Below are positions 17,157-27,426 of a stretch of DNA of 64,000 nt, piece by piece. Origin of the DNA: a virus. The number at the start of each line of letters is the position of its first letter. Position 1 is the first letter of the stretch. The notes beneath the pieces were generated by a model. It was not told the origin of the DNA and did no database searches. It saw only the letters and a program-made list of their open reading frames with translations. The position numbers and the translations under genes were made by a program. The DNA lies in the IMG/VR virus record IMGVR_UViG_3300008954_000005, positions 32,001 through 96,000 of that record; one strand, 5' to 3'.

Positions 17157-20100
17157 TTACACGTAAATCGTGATTTTGATGTAGTTGGCCGGGTAAAACG
17201 GCACGATTGTTACTTCTGCCTGAATGGTATCAGGGTTCTCCGAGTCCTGGATAAGGGAGTCAAGACTAGCTTCGGCAACAACCGACCCAGTCACACTCGC
17301 CAATGCTCCCTGCATACCCAGGGAAACTGCTTCTAAAAGCTGCTTTGTAATGTTGTTACGTCCAATAAATTTCTTGACCTGTCCACGAAGCAGTTTAGCT
17401 ACGTAGTCTACAGCTTTAAGAATAGACAACTCCCTGGTCTTCAACGAAGAGACGTCTGTGGTCAATTGGTGTCTTGACACACAAGGAGCCCCAGGAACAT
17501 CCTGGATAACCCAATAAATACCGCCAGCGGCTGCAGTAGCCATAGCGTTCTCACTAAACAGATCATTCGAACCAATCGGACGGGTGAACCCAACCATCGG
17601 TAGGTTGGTGAACGGTTGTGACGGATTCTGTTGTCCAATCATCGCAGCAACACCAGCGGCTAGGTAGTAGCCAGGGACCAAAGTCTCTAGACCACCAACA
17701 GAAACCGCACACTGGTCAGGCTGCATCATAATCAGTCGACGATTCTGGAACCCAGTTACGCCGCCAGCGATTTCAGCAAGAGTCTCGCAAGTCTCCAACT
17801 TCCCACCAGTGGACGAGTTGTCCAGAGCGGCCTGTCGAACAAAGACACTACCCGCTTCGGGTACATCTGTGATGTCTTCAGGGGCAGCTTCGTTGTAGTA
17901 GGAATCCTCGTTACCCGATGTTGCAGGGCCGTAGACACCGGCTTGGTAAATATCATCCGTCTCTAGAATGATAGTCGTATCGGTCTCTCCATCGAGAAGA
18001 CCAACGACCAAGTACCGGAAAGCGTCACCCTCACGGTCAAAGTAAACACCGTCAGCAGGGTCAAAGGCTTGCGTCGGATCTAGTCCCTCACCAGCAGCGT
18101 TCGAAATCGAACTATCAGCAAGAGCCAAGAAGACGTTTTTACCGGAGTCTTGGAGAGTGGCCGTGTACTGGGTACCCGACTTGTGCTCGATAACCCAATC
18201 ACCAGAGATGGCTAGACCCGAAGGCTTCTCAGTGGGTAGCTCGGGACAAGTAAGGGCCATACGCTCTTTCTTAGCGGTAGGCGCAGACATGTCCGTTACA
18301 TGCTGATTGAAAACCTTGATGACTTCCATATCGTGGGTGAGGGGCGCAAGTGCGTATACCTCTTTCAACTGTAGGAAATCGAGGGCTTCAGCGTAGGCCT
18401 TGACGGTACCCATCGGGGCATCGTCAGTAGTCGCAGAGATCCCGATAGCCGAAACATTGATATTAGTCGTGTTCAAGAACGCGAGGTACATACCAAAGGC
18501 AAGCGGGTTCGCAGGGTCAATCGGACCAATCGTGGACTCAACCTCAGCAATACTATTAAAGGTTAATAATCCGGGATTGGCTGCTGCACCAGTCACGTCC
18601 TTACGGAGAGCTTTATAATCAACGTAGATGTCAGCGCTTCCGGAAGATGCGATACCAGCGGCGTCGCGGTTCAAACCACCCTTGATTGTGTAAGACTGCT
18701 CAAGATCGTTTCCAGAGCCCTCGGGCTGAATGCTGCGGTCAGTGGCGACCGTATCATCATCAAGACCCTCGGCAGTAAGATACCAAGTACTAAGGTTGTC
18801 CTTGTTATCAACAGTCAGGTCATCAAGAACCAGCATGGCTCCAGTGAACGAAGACGCTGGGGTCGACAAGTTCTCCTGACCAACGACAAGACCTAGAGCG
18901 GTCCCATTGTCATACAGCCGGTCTGCAAGAGCGGTCGAGTTACTAGCACCGTGGAAGATCCGACTCGTATAGCTAGACGCTGCAGCCTTCGCCGCAGACG
19001 CCCAAGCACGCTTGTAGGTAATATCCCAAGTAGTGGAGGTCGTGAATCGGAACACAATGGGCTCAGCGGTCTGGGAGTTTCCAGCATTTTCATCGCCAGA
19101 GAAGCACAGGCTGATTTGTCCCGTTGAGTACGCGATACGGCTCATAGCCTTACCGGTATTTGCGGTTACCCCGCCGTCAAAGCACCAATCAGTGAATGCA
19201 TCTGACGAGGGCGCGTTGACCACATGCGATAGGGAGTTGGAGATGGAGTAGATCTCCATTCCATAATCACCAGCGCCGTTGTCTTTAAGAACCACATCAA
19301 CCGCAACAGACGTTGAGGTGTTCGCCGCATCATCGGTGGCGTCGGTACCAGTATCCGACAACCCGAGCCAAGCAAGTAGCGCAGCATCGGTATCAGCAAG
19401 TACAGCGATTGCGTCACCCACAGCAGGCGCACCGTTGTGGAAGAGAACAATCTCTCCAGCGTGATTACAGGCTTCGACACCCGTTCCATCAAGAGCGCCA
19501 GGGGCATTAAGAATGGTTACACAGTCATCGATGTCGGCCTCGGCACCACCCACAGTTACTGTGAGTTCTGCAGAAGCTGCACCATCTACAGAGATGTAGA
19601 GGGAGTAGGCACCCGCTGCTGGGATGTTGGCAACCGCAGCATCCTCGCAACGAATTGCGGGAACAGCAGTGAGGCTACCAAGCGCGATGGTTTGGCCCCC
19701 AGGCTGAAGCGCCTTCTGCATGACAGAGGTTACCGCTGTGGACCCCATCATGTTGTAGTCGCTAGAATCAAGCTGCGCTCCACGACCATTGGCCATCGAA
19801 GCAGAGCCGGAGTTTACGAGGTCGGTAAGCTGACCAGCACTAAAGGTGCCCGTCTTGTTTCCTTCCAGGGCACCAGACCACAGATTGTAAATAGCAGCCG
19901 CGCTACTCATGCTCATTTCAAGCATGGAGTCAGCGCCATCGTTAGAGTCCGTCTTAATCCGTAGAGGAGCGAAGGTTTCACCAATCTCGTTAGCAAGGTT
20001 GTAGCCAAGAACACTGGCTTCACCATCATCGAGAAGAGCGGTGATTACCGTCGCAGGAACATCTGTTGCCGCGAAGGTATGGGAAACAGCCGTTCCACCA

Positions 20101-21554
20101 TCTACCGCGATAGTGATGCTTTCCCCAGTAAGGTCCAGGTCAGCAGCAGTAGCGGCTCCGATATCGATGGAACCGCAGATGTAAGCGCATCCCTGGTCTT
20201 CCGCAGCTTCTGCATTACCGACCGCTAGTGTCGCATCAGCGTCAGCAGTAAAGTCGACCGGGTCATGCCCACCGCAGAGGTTCCATTGCCCAGCGCCAGC
20301 AGCACTAATCAACCCGCCACCAAGGGCAGCGGCTCCAGTACCATCGAAGTCAAGCACCCGGACAAGAGAAGTATCCGAATCGGATACATCACTTCGGAGG
20401 TATACAGCGATTTCGTCAGAGGCCGCAGCAATCGTTGCTGACGAATCGATAGCAGACGCTAGATCAGCGAAAGTGGTCGTATCTTCCAGCGTAATGGTAA
20501 GTGTCGGGGATGCGTAAACAGCGCTTACCGCGCCTTCAGCAAGAACCACAACAATATCGTTACCCGCATCACCGATGCTTGCAGCAGCGCCCATATCAGA
20601 AGCTACGCCACTATCCTTGTAGGTAGAAAGCCCAAGAGCAACCACCTCAATGTAGTTAGCACCCTGTGGGTCGGGCCACTGTGCCGCACCAAGAAGCTCA
20701 GAAGCATCAGGAGCGATATCATGGCCGAGGGGGATCTTCACAGAAGCTTCCCCACCCATAGCGGCTAATTTATTAGTCTTTAATCCAGACGAGACAATAC
20801 CGAACAACTCACCCTTGGTATCGTGAAGTGCGGGAGAGTGCGACCGTCCAGTTACCTTTTCGGTTCCATCAGATACGTGATAACGCGTAGGCGAGACATG
20901 GTACGCGTTTACGTTGACCGCGCTATCTTCCGAGAACTCCTGCAGCGTTCCACCAAAGTATCGATACAGCTTCGTGTTGGCATCGCTGATGACAATTTCG
21001 TCCACGTCAGCCAGCGGTGAGGGGAAGCTGCTGTAAGGAATGATGTATTCGCTATTGGTGTACTGAGTTTGCCCAGAGACCTTTTGTCCCTCGACAAAAC
21101 CAAGTTCCGTGTAGGCGTCATCAGCAACCGCAACCAGTTCAAGCGACTGGCTAGAGCCGCTGGAATCAGTCTGGATAACAAGTTTCTCATTCACGAACGA
21201 CGCCGTAGCGCCGGAAAGAGCCTTGTTAATCTGGTTCTTAATAAGGTTGTGGTCCAACCCTGAGTTGGACAGGGTGGGAGGGAACGTTACAACTGTCGCC
21301 AAGTTGCCGTTAATCTTGATAGAAATGCTCTTACCCTCGATAGAGACAAGCTCTCCGAGAGCAGCACTGCTACGCAAAATCGCGGCTACATCGACAAGAG
21401 CGTCTGTATCCAGACTCCCTTCACTGTCGATTGGTGAAACAATTTGATAACAAGGCCCAACGAGGCACGGGACCAAGGTGGGGGTAAGGACTGTAGGCGC
21501 ACCGGCAGTGATTTCCTGTGCAATCTCTACGCCTGGACGAGTAAGCGTTGCCAT
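17157..21554 (-). CDS. tail sheath protein with large insertion (1465 aa)
   Basis: N-terminal RPGVEI.QE...CLVG and C-terminal RHQLTT...ELSI....DY...PFYPANYIKITIYV are typical sheath termini. Confidence 0.85.
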   Translation of the reverse strand: MATLTRPGVEIAQEITAGAPTVLTPTLVPCLVGPCYQIVSPIDSEGSLDTDALVDVAAILRSSAALGELVSIEGKSISIKINGNLATVVTFPPTLSNSGLDHNLIKNQINKALSGATASFVNEKLVIQTDSSGSSQSLELVAVADDAYTELGFVEGQKVSGQTQYTNSEYIIPYSSFPSPLADVDEIVISDANTKLYRYFGGTLQEFSEDSAVNVNAYHVSPTRYHVSDGTEKVTGRSHSPALHDTKGELFGIVSSGLKTNKLAAMGGEASVKIPLGHDIAPDASELLGAAQWPDPQGANYIEVVALGLSTYKDSGVASDMGAAASIGDAGNDIVVVLAEGAVSAVYASPTLTITLEDTTTFADLASAIDSSATIAAASDEIAVYLRSDVSDSDTSLVRVLDFDGTGAAALGGGLISAAGAGQWNLCGGHDPVDFTADADATLAVGNAEAAEDQGCAYICGSIDIGAATAADLDLTGESITIAVDGGTAVSHTFAATDVPATVITALLDDGEASVLGYNLANEIGETFAPLRIKTDSNDGADSMLEMSMSSAAAIYNLWSGALEGNKTGTFSAGQLTDLVNSGSASMANGRGAQLDSSDYNMMGSTAVTSVMQKALQPGGQTIALGSLTAVPAIRCEDAAVANIPAAGAYSLYISVDGAASAELTVTVGGAEADIDDCVTILNAPGALDGTGVEACNHAGEIVLFHNGAPAVGDAIAVLADTDAALLAWLGLSDTGTDATDDAANTSTSVAVDVVLKDNGAGDYGMEIYSISNSLSHVVNAPSSDAFTDWCFDGGVTANTGKAMSRIAYSTGQISLCFSGDENAGNSQTAEPIVFRFTTSTTWDITYKRAWASAAKAAASSYTSRIFHGASNSTALADRLYDNGTALGLVVGQENLSTPASSFTGAMLVLDDLTVDNKDNLSTWYLTAEGLDDDTVATDRSIQPEGSGNDLEQSYTIKGGLNRDAAGIASSGSADIYVDYKALRKDVTGAAANPGLLTFNSIAEVESTIGPIDPANPLAFGMYLAFLNTTNINVSAIGISATTDDAPMGTVKAYAEALDFLQLKEVYALAPLTHDMEVIKVFNQHVTDMSAPTAKKERMALTCPELPTEKPSGLAISGDWVIEHKSGTQYTATLQDSGKNVFLALADSSISNAAGEGLDPTQAFDPADGVYFDREGDAFRYLVVGLLDGETDTTIILETDDIYQAGVYGPATSGNEDSYYNEAAPEDITDVPEAGSVFVRQAALDNSSTGGKLETCETLAEIAGGVTGFQNRRLIMMQPDQCAVSVGGLETLVPGYYLAAGVAAMIGQQNPSQPFTNLPMVGFTRPIGSNDLFSENAMATAAAGGIYWVIQDVPGAPCVSRHQLTTDVSSLKTRELSILKAVDYVAKLLRGQVKKFIGRNNITKQLLEAVSLGMQGALASVTGSVVAEASLDSLIQDSENPDTIQAEVTIVPFYPANYIKITIYV

Positions 21555-21578
21555 GTCTTTTTAACTCCTGTCGGTTTG

Positions 21579-22199
21579 CTATTCCAAACCCATATGTAGG
21601 TTAACAGCTTGTACTAATGAGTAGAAGTCCTTCTCCTCAGCGGAGATTACTTCCTGTATGTAGAACGGTATAATCAGTTGGACCATTTTCCACTCTGGGG
21701 TTGATGACCCCGGCACAATCTGCCCTTGTTGGGTTTCCTGCGTCAAAGTAATATTATTACCGATAGCGTGCAATCTTCCTAACCGCATTATTTGCGGTTT
21801 GAATATAGGTATCATGCGAAAAAGGGTGTAAGCTATACTTTGTGCCTCTAAGCCTTCTCTGGCTACCACCGTGATAGTCATAGAAGTTCCCAAAAGATCA
21901 GCAACGATCCTCTTAGGTGATTGAAACACAGGTTGCATAGACTGCCCCAGAGACGTACTTGAATAAGTCGCTGGTCCACGAGCGGTACTAATAATTGGTC
22001 TCTTGTTCGTGTTTTCAACACCGGAGGGATTTTGATCAGTAATTATGATCTCAGTCTCTTCAACATTAGACGACCACTTGTAGTACCCGGAAGGCCTGCT
22101 TCTAAATAACCCTTGAATAAAAATCAACCATGCCCGAGTAGCCACAAGAAGTCTATCTTCTGGCAGGGTAAAGTTGACGTCTGGTGCTACGGCTTCCAT
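21579..22199 (-). CDS. probable tail terminator/completion protein
   Basis: Position immediately before the sheath. RPIISTARG motif. Confidence 0.5.
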   Translation of the reverse strand: MEAVAPDVNFTLPEDRLLVATRAWLIFIQGLFRSRPSGYYKWSSNVEETEIIITDQNPSGVENTNKRPIISTARGPATYSSTSLGQSMQPVFQSPKRIVADLLGTSMTITVVAREGLEAQSIAYTLFRMIPIFKPQIMRLGRLHAIGNNITLTQETQQGQIVPGSSTPEWKMVQLIIPFYIQEVISAEEKDFYSLVQAVNLHMGLE

Positions 22200-23096
22200 T
22201 TAATCTCTATTACTGAATATATCAGTCAATACATTAGATAATTTCGCTGATTCCAACGTCTGTGGGTTCGTATAGTTTCTGTCTGGCGAAGCAGACAAGT
22301 CTTTTATCTCATCGTCAGACATATTAATAGGCAGTTTATACTCAATATCCCCTTTTGGGATTCTGTGTAGTGCTGCCTGTTGCCTAACTAATGATCTAGC
22401 TTTTTTGATTTTTGACATTGTGGAAGAAACACGCCAACGAACATTCTCCGCTTCAACCACAACGTCCCCCTCAAATAATTCAGGGTAGTTGCCTAGTTGA
22501 AGGGTTGTGTTCTCGTTTTCCACGTTGCCGAAGTTAGCATGAATGGTCTGTTCATTAGGCGTAACAACTAACCCATAAGCTTCTACGGGGGCGTGGTAGC
22601 CGCCAACCCAGGAACTGTCAAAGCAGACAGCGCACTGTGATCTGAGTTTTCTCTGGGAGACCTTGTCAAAACAAACGCCGCAACGTTGGCCTGTCTTCTT
22701 TTTAGGGAAGATCCAAAGCTTACGCCCAGAGAACTCTTTTAGCTTTAAGTTATTGAGTCGGGCCATCTCTAACGCAGATAAATCAGGCTTAGCAGCTAGC
22801 TTAAAACCGCCTAATTCTGGGTAGGTAAGCGTAGCTCCGGTCTCACGATTACGGACCACTACCCGGTAGTATATTTTGTTGTAATACGAGTGACGGCCAC
22901 GAACAGAGCTATCTCTGAAGTGGTACTTGTCAACCATCGCACTACTTACAGCGACGTACAGACCAAACTCCGTGTCTGCCCTCTCGACGATAAACTCGTA
23001 TCCATTTATATCTTCAAAGGCATCTTCAAGTGTCCAGTAGATATCTAAGTAGTCGATATCAAAACTTTTAACTTGTATGTCTGCCACTTTAATCAA
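22200..23096 (-). CDS. probable neck/head-closure protein with Zn finger
   Basis: Position. RCGVC...CAVC..S.WVGGY. Confidence 0.55.
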   Translation of the reverse strand: MIKVADIQVKSFDIDYLDIYWTLEDAFEDINGYEFIVERADTEFGLYVAVSSAMVDKYHFRDSSVRGRHSYYNKIYYRVVVRNRETGATLTYPELGGFKLAAKPDLSALEMARLNNLKLKEFSGRKLWIFPKKKTGQRCGVCFDKVSQRKLRSQCAVCFDSSWVGGYHAPVEAYGLVVTPNEQTIHANFGNVENENTTLQLGNYPELFEGDVVVEAENVRWRVSSTMSKIKKARSLVRQQAALHRIPKGDIEYKLPINMSDDEIKDLSASPDRNYTNPQTLESAKLSNVLTDIFSNRD

Positions 23097-23107
23097 CGAA
23101 CTAACCC

Positions 23108-23485
23108 TCAGCTTTTAGCTTTTAGCAGTTGTTTCAGCTTTCGTTTACTTTGCGCTTTTGGGGTTTCCCCACCGGTAACCGCTTTAGCCATTGCCTTAGG
23201 TTCCGCAATTTCAGTCTGCTTAGGAACTGCTCTCGCCTTTCCGGCTGTACTTGCGGATTCGGAATGGATTTTTGAGATGCTGGGTGCCTTTTGTGTACGC
23301 CCGCCAAGAGAGGATCTCAATCTAGCAGTCGTCGTCCCCTTGCTCTTTAGGAGGTCTTTTGTTTGGTCCCTGGCAATTGCGCGAGCGGAGGACTCCTTCT
23401 TGAGGGACAAAAAGAACTCAACCCGATCCATGTAACGATCATCGGTACGCTCTGTGTCATTGAGGGCTTCGAATGGATTGTCCAT
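23108..23485 (-). CDS. basic hypothetical protein
   Basis: ORF with GGAGG RBS inside the operon. Confidence 0.6.
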   Translation of the reverse strand: MDNPFEALNDTERTDDRYMDRVEFFLSLKKESSARAIARDQTKDLLKSKGTTTARLRSSLGGRTQKAPSISKIHSESASTAGKARAVPKQTEIAEPKAMAKAVTGGETPKAQSKRKLKQLLKAKS

Positions 23486-23488
23486 TGT

Positions 23489-23854
23489 TTACTTCCTCCC
23501 CTCACTGTAGAGCGAGCCAGTCATCGTAACGGTCACGGTGACCTCGACCGACGTCCCGGCGTCGTTGTCTGTGATGCCCAACCGAACGCCCCCTTTTGCC
23601 GGGGCTCCAATATCCACGATGTTCACGCCACTAGCGTTTAGCGTCACTTGTGCGGCAGCACCCGTTTCAGTCGTGTACAGGTTACGCCAACCGCTCCCAA
23701 GATTAACCTGGATTGTGAGTCCCGTTACATTAGTGTGGACAGCATCAATAATAAACTTTGTGTAATTGCGGGCGTTAGTAATCTCTAAGTTTGCTTCACC
23801 ATTTACGCATGTATGCGTAAAGGCGATAGACTTAGTGTGTGCGATTTGAGGCAT
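23489..23854 (-). CDS. beta-rich structural protein
   Basis: AGGAG RBS and alternating beta-strand pattern. Confidence 0.65.
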   Translation of the reverse strand: MPQIAHTKSIAFTHTCVNGEANLEITNARNYTKFIIDAVHTNVTGLTIQVNLGSGWRNLYTTETGAAAQVTLNASGVNIVDIGAPAKGGVRLGITDNDAGTSVEVTVTVTMTGSLYSEGRK

Positions 23855-23863
23855 AACGTACTC

Positions 23864-24400
23864 CTATAACTCGTCAAAGTAGCCGTTAATCAAAGAGTAC
23901 TCTGAGGCTACGCCTTTTCCGTTCAACGCCGTGCCTAGATTAATAGCCTGCTTAAGACGGAATTTCTTTTGTTCGTAGTTCTGAGCGAACATGTTGATCC
24001 AGTTAGCTAATTGAGGTCCCTTGTCGGACACACTAACAGACACCCCTTGTCCGTCAGAGTACTGCATGTGATTTCTTGTCTGAAGAAGTCCTACAGATTC
24101 CAACACCATGATTATACTCCCCCTAATAAGCAGGGACATAGAGGGAAAATCCTCAATAGTATATGGGGTGATTAACGGAGGGGTGGTATTGAAATCATCA
24201 ATCGCCTCCATAACAGCGAAAGCGATCTCCCTATCCGAAGTTTCGTGCCCCTCAATGAGCCTATTTAGTTCGGGGTAATCACGCATCTTGGCCCGCACCA
24301 GTACGATAGTATCCAAAAGCTTTTTTGGAATGCCCTTCTTAACAGTTGCATCTGCGCCTGTTGTATTGGTGCTGGGCTTTTGTGCGTCATTGCTAGCCAT
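23864..24400 (-). CDS. probable head-tail adaptor
   Basis: VRAKMRDYPELNRLI...DDFNTTPP...YSDGQGVSVS. Lies downstream of the capsid gene. Confidence 0.55.
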   Translation of the reverse strand: MASNDAQKPSTNTTGADATVKKGIPKKLLDTIVLVRAKMRDYPELNRLIEGHETSDREIAFAVMEAIDDFNTTPPLITPYTIEDFPSMSLLIRGSIIMVLESVGLLQTRNHMQYSDGQGVSVSVSDKGPQLANWINMFAQNYEQKKFRLKQAINLGTALNGKGVASEYSLINGYFDEL

Positions 24401-24659
24401 CAGTCTTCGTACTCTTAGCCTTAGACTTAGAAGAAGCCTTGGCACCCTTTAGGTCTTTCTGTTTAGTTGATGCCCTTGCTCGACGACGAGAAGCTGCCTT
24501 CTTTTTTTCGTCTGGGTGGTCATCTAAAACGACGAGGTCCCCGGAGCTAAGCAGACTACGGTAATCCTTGAGTTGCTCAGCCGTGATGGGCATGACAGCG
24601 CCTTTAGTCAGGTGCTTCCCTAGGATCTTCCAAGTACGCTTTTCGCTTCGAATATACAT
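24393..24659 (-). CDS. small basic hypothetical protein
   Basis: ATG overlaps the upstream stop. K/R-rich tail. Confidence 0.55.
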   Translation of the reverse strand: MYIRSEKRTWKILGKHLTKGAVMPITAEQLKDYRSLLSSGDLVVLDDHPDEKKKAASRRRARASTKQKDLKGAKASSKSKAKSTKTDG

Positions 24660-25177
24660 TACTTGTCCTCAGCCTTTTTGCGCTTCCGACGCCTCGATTG
24701 AACCTTCTTCTTAGGCTTTTCTGCCTTCTTTGGTTCTGGCTCGGGAGCAGGTTCCGGTTCCGGTTCGGGCTCAGGTTCGGGCTCAGGTTCGGGCTCGGGT
24801 TCCGGCTCTGGCTCTGGCTCGGGTGTTGGTTCTTCAGCAGCCGCCTCAACCGGGGCTTCTTCAGCAGCAGCTTCTTCAGGTGCTGCCTCTTGTGCCTCTT
24901 CGGCCGGTGGCTCTACTGGTACGTGGATCTGTTCTGGTTCCCAGTTACTCGCTGCGCCCAGTTTGCGTAGCTCGATAATTCCAGCTTTAGCTAAGGCAGT
25001 GATTTGGGCTTCGTTTCTCTCAAACACTGTGTCGCTGATAGACACAGACTTACCGGCCTTAATGGACCGTTTTCCAATGTGGAGTCGTGCGGAATTTCTA
25101 ACAACGAAGGGGCTCCGATGCCCACGACGATTCGGATCTCTCCGCGTGCCGACCAGACTTTTAATGATGTAGGGCAT
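24659..25177 (-). CDS. protein with (Pro-Glu)n linker and basic tail
   Basis: Start reassigned to ATG 25177 (AGGAG at 25186-25190), because the longer ORF runs through the post-capsid hairpin. Confidence 0.7.
   Translation of the reverse strand: MPYIIKSLVGTRRDPNRRGHRSPFVVRNSARLHIGKRSIKAGKSVSISDTVFERNEAQITALAKAGIIELRKLGAASNWEPEQIHVPVEPPAEEAQEAAPEEAAAEEAPVEAAAEEPTPEPEPEPEPEPEPEPEPEPEPEPEPAPEPEPKKAEKPKKKVQSRRRKRKKAEDK
24732..24825 (-). repeat. degenerate 6-bp coding repeat, (PE)n
   Basis: GA(A/G)CCN units encoding PEPEPEPEPEPEPEPEPEPEPEPAPEPEP. Confidence 0.85.
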
Positions 25178-25214
25178 CCTATTAGCTCCTAATATGAATA
25201 AATGAAGGGGTGAG

Positions 25215-25242
25215 ACACCCCCCAGCCGAAGCCAGGGGGTGC
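25215..25242 (-). terminator. hairpin/terminator after the major capsid gene
   Basis: On the - strand, GCACCCCCTGGC-TTCG-GCTGGGGGGTGT with a UUCG loop. The T-tail is weak. Confidence 0.65.
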
Positions 25243-25264
25243 CCACCAGTACTACTACAAAAGG

Positions 25265-26458
25265 CTAGAAGTTCGAGATGCTGGGGAAGGTTTCGCCTTC
25301 CTCAACAAGGTTGTTCTTCGCACCAAGATCGGCCTCTGCCTTGGGCAGGTATGCGGCCCGTGTGGTCGCATTGTCAGCGGCAGTACCAACGGTCTCGACC
25401 GCACCGGCGTAAAGCTCAAGCTTACGCACACCAGCGACGTTACCAACGTACATACCAATGTCTTCCCATGCCTCAAACGAGACCCGGTTCCGTTCCTTAT
25501 CGGCAAAGAACTTGGTCTTGTTGAGAAGCAGGAAGCCACCCAAGTACTCCGGAGAGCAGAACGCGTAGATGTTACCGGGACGGAGGATGTCCGTCTTCAG
25601 GGTACGCACAAAGCGACGCCCAATGAGCGTCTTGTACTTGAACCCGTCAACGGTCGTCTCACCGACCTTCTCGCCCATATCGCTATGAGCCCACGCGTTG
25701 ATGTCTTCGAAGTCAGTGTCAGTGATCAGGAACTGATCACAACGCAAACGCGAACCACGGTTACCCGTACCAGTGAAAAGCTGGAACAGCTTAATCAGGT
25801 CATCCTTCTGGATGGGGTAGACGAGATCCTCATCAAGGCTGTCCGAAGCGTTAGCTACGGCAGTATTGTTGAGAACATCAACACCCTTGCACTTACCGAC
25901 CTCAGACAGGCTGTTATTCTCGACGTTCCATGCCGAGAAGGCAGCAGCGTCGGCGTAAGCAGCGCCAAAGGTAAGGCTCTGTGCATCCTGCTGGAGTGAC
26001 TGAACAGCCGACTCCATGTGGTTCAGGAACACCCGATCCTCGATCTCCTGGATGTCGTTAACAATGTTACGACGGATGATCTCGGTGATCGGAAGCGTGT
26101 AGGCCATAAGCTCCTGCTCGGTCTGCTCGTAACGGAGCGAACCGACCGTGTGGAACGGAACCTCAAAACGCGGGCCAGTGTAGTACTTCACCGAGGGCTG
26201 GCCTCGGAAAGACATCGACATGGCACGGCTCTGGGGTTCGACCTCTACGATCTTCACCAGGGTGTCGTGGGCAACACTGACCTGAAGGTCAGAGCGAGAA
26301 ACCGACTTCGGGGGGAGGACTTTGCGAGCAAAGCTCTCCTCACGCAGACGATCACGAATGTAATCACCACCTAGGGCAGCAATCTTTTCTTTACCAGCCT
26401 CACTATCGAGTTTCGAAACGAAAAGCTCGTTGAGGACTTCATTAGGTACACTAGACAT
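25265..26458 (-). CDS. major capsid protein (HK97 fold)
   Basis: 397 aa, IRDRLREESFARKVLPP, DIQEIEDRVFL. GC3-rich codons, position after protease/scaffold and followed by a hairpin. Confidence 0.8.
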   Translation of the reverse strand: MSSVPNEVLNELFVSKLDSEAGKEKIAALGGDYIRDRLREESFARKVLPPKSVSRSDLQVSVAHDTLVKIVEVEPQSRAMSMSFRGQPSVKYYTGPRFEVPFHTVGSLRYEQTEQELMAYTLPITEIIRRNIVNDIQEIEDRVFLNHMESAVQSLQQDAQSLTFGAAYADAAAFSAWNVENNSLSEVGKCKGVDVLNNTAVANASDSLDEDLVYPIQKDDLIKLFQLFTGTGNRGSRLRCDQFLITDTDFEDINAWAHSDMGEKVGETTVDGFKYKTLIGRRFVRTLKTDILRPGNIYAFCSPEYLGGFLLLNKTKFFADKERNRVSFEAWEDIGMYVGNVAGVRKLELYAGAVETVGTAADNATTRAAYLPKAEADLGAKNNLVEEGETFPSISNF

Positions 26459-26471
26459 GATTTAGCCCTCC

Positions 26472-27053
26472 TTAAGCTTGAGCGTTGTCTTCGATGATTC
26501 TGGGTTCGGAGTAGAGCATGACCTCAATCTCTCCAGTTCCAGAAGTGGCGGAATCGTTTACGACGCGAACGACGTATCCGACGACCCAGGCAGCTACGCC
26601 ACCCGATTCCTGCACAGGGGCAAGAAACAGGCGGTTAGCCGTACCACGGTGAGCGCCGCTAGGGGCGGCAACGGTAAGTGCGGCTCCGGCCGTGTACCCA
26701 TCAGTCGAAGGCGCATTGCCATCGGTGAGAAAGGTCTTCATCCGGAAACGACCGCCACCGTGCATGATCACCGGGCACTTCTGGTCTCCCAGAGCCTGAC
26801 GATCCGAACGGCGGGCGGAAGCCCACACCATACGCAGTGCGCCACCAAGCTCTCCTAGAGCATTGGAACTCGCTGCGTATGCAGTACAAGTAGCAGCTTC
26901 CGCACCGGGAAGCGCTACAATAAATTGGCCATCTTCGGGCATTTCGGCAAACCCACTAGCATCCATATCCTCAACAAGCATCTTGAGGGTTGACGTGGTG
27001 GGGCTGACGTTCCGCCTTTTGCTGGCCTCCATGACAGTATCATTAAATGCCAT
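26472..27053 (-). CDS. probable capsid decoration/cement protein
   Basis: Immediately upstream of the capsid gene, beta-rich, AGGAG RBS. Confidence 0.55.
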   Translation of the reverse strand: MAFNDTVMEASKRRNVSPTTSTLKMLVEDMDASGFAEMPEDGQFIVALPGAEAATCTAYAASSNALGELGGALRMVWASARRSDRQALGDQKCPVIMHGGGRFRMKTFLTDGNAPSTDGYTAGAALTVAAPSGAHRGTANRLFLAPVQESGGVAAWVVGYVVRVVNDSATSGTGEIEVMLYSEPRIIEDNAQA

Positions 27054-27078
27054 TTTGGTTCTCCTACAATTGGTTTAG

Positions 27079-27426
27079 TTAGTCTCCGAGAAGGAAATTC
27101 TCGAAGGCGGAAGTTGCATCTGTGTTTTCAGGCACATCGGAAATAGATGCAAAGGACAAGTCGGGTGCGGATAGGGCCAATGCTTCTTTGACTACTTCCA
27201 GATCCTTCTTAGAAGCTAGCAATGCAGCTACCTTCTTCTTAAAAGGAACGGCTTTGTCAGAGAATCCACGGGCATCCATCATGCTCACGATTTCTTCCGC
27301 TTTCTCCCGTTGCTCAAAATCTGCCAAAGCAGTTGCGAGCTTGGTGTTCTCTTCTACAAGCGCCCGAAGAACATCGGGAACCTGCGAGAGGACTTCCTTG
27401 GTTGAAGTTGGGTCCATTGTGCTCAT
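27079..27426 (-). CDS. probable scaffolding protein
   Basis: Helical, with C-terminal AFENFLLG. Lies upstream of the decoration and capsid genes. Confidence 0.5.
   Translation of the reverse strand: MSTMDPTSTKEVLSQVPDVLRALVEENTKLATALADFEQREKAEEIVSMMDARGFSDKAVPFKKKVAALLASKKDLEVVKEALALSAPDLSFASISDVPENTDATSAFENFLLGD

Noticed and set aside
25178-25246. N-terminal extension of ORF 24659..25246
   Set aside because: Runs through the post-capsid hairpin, and a better RBS precedes ATG 25177.
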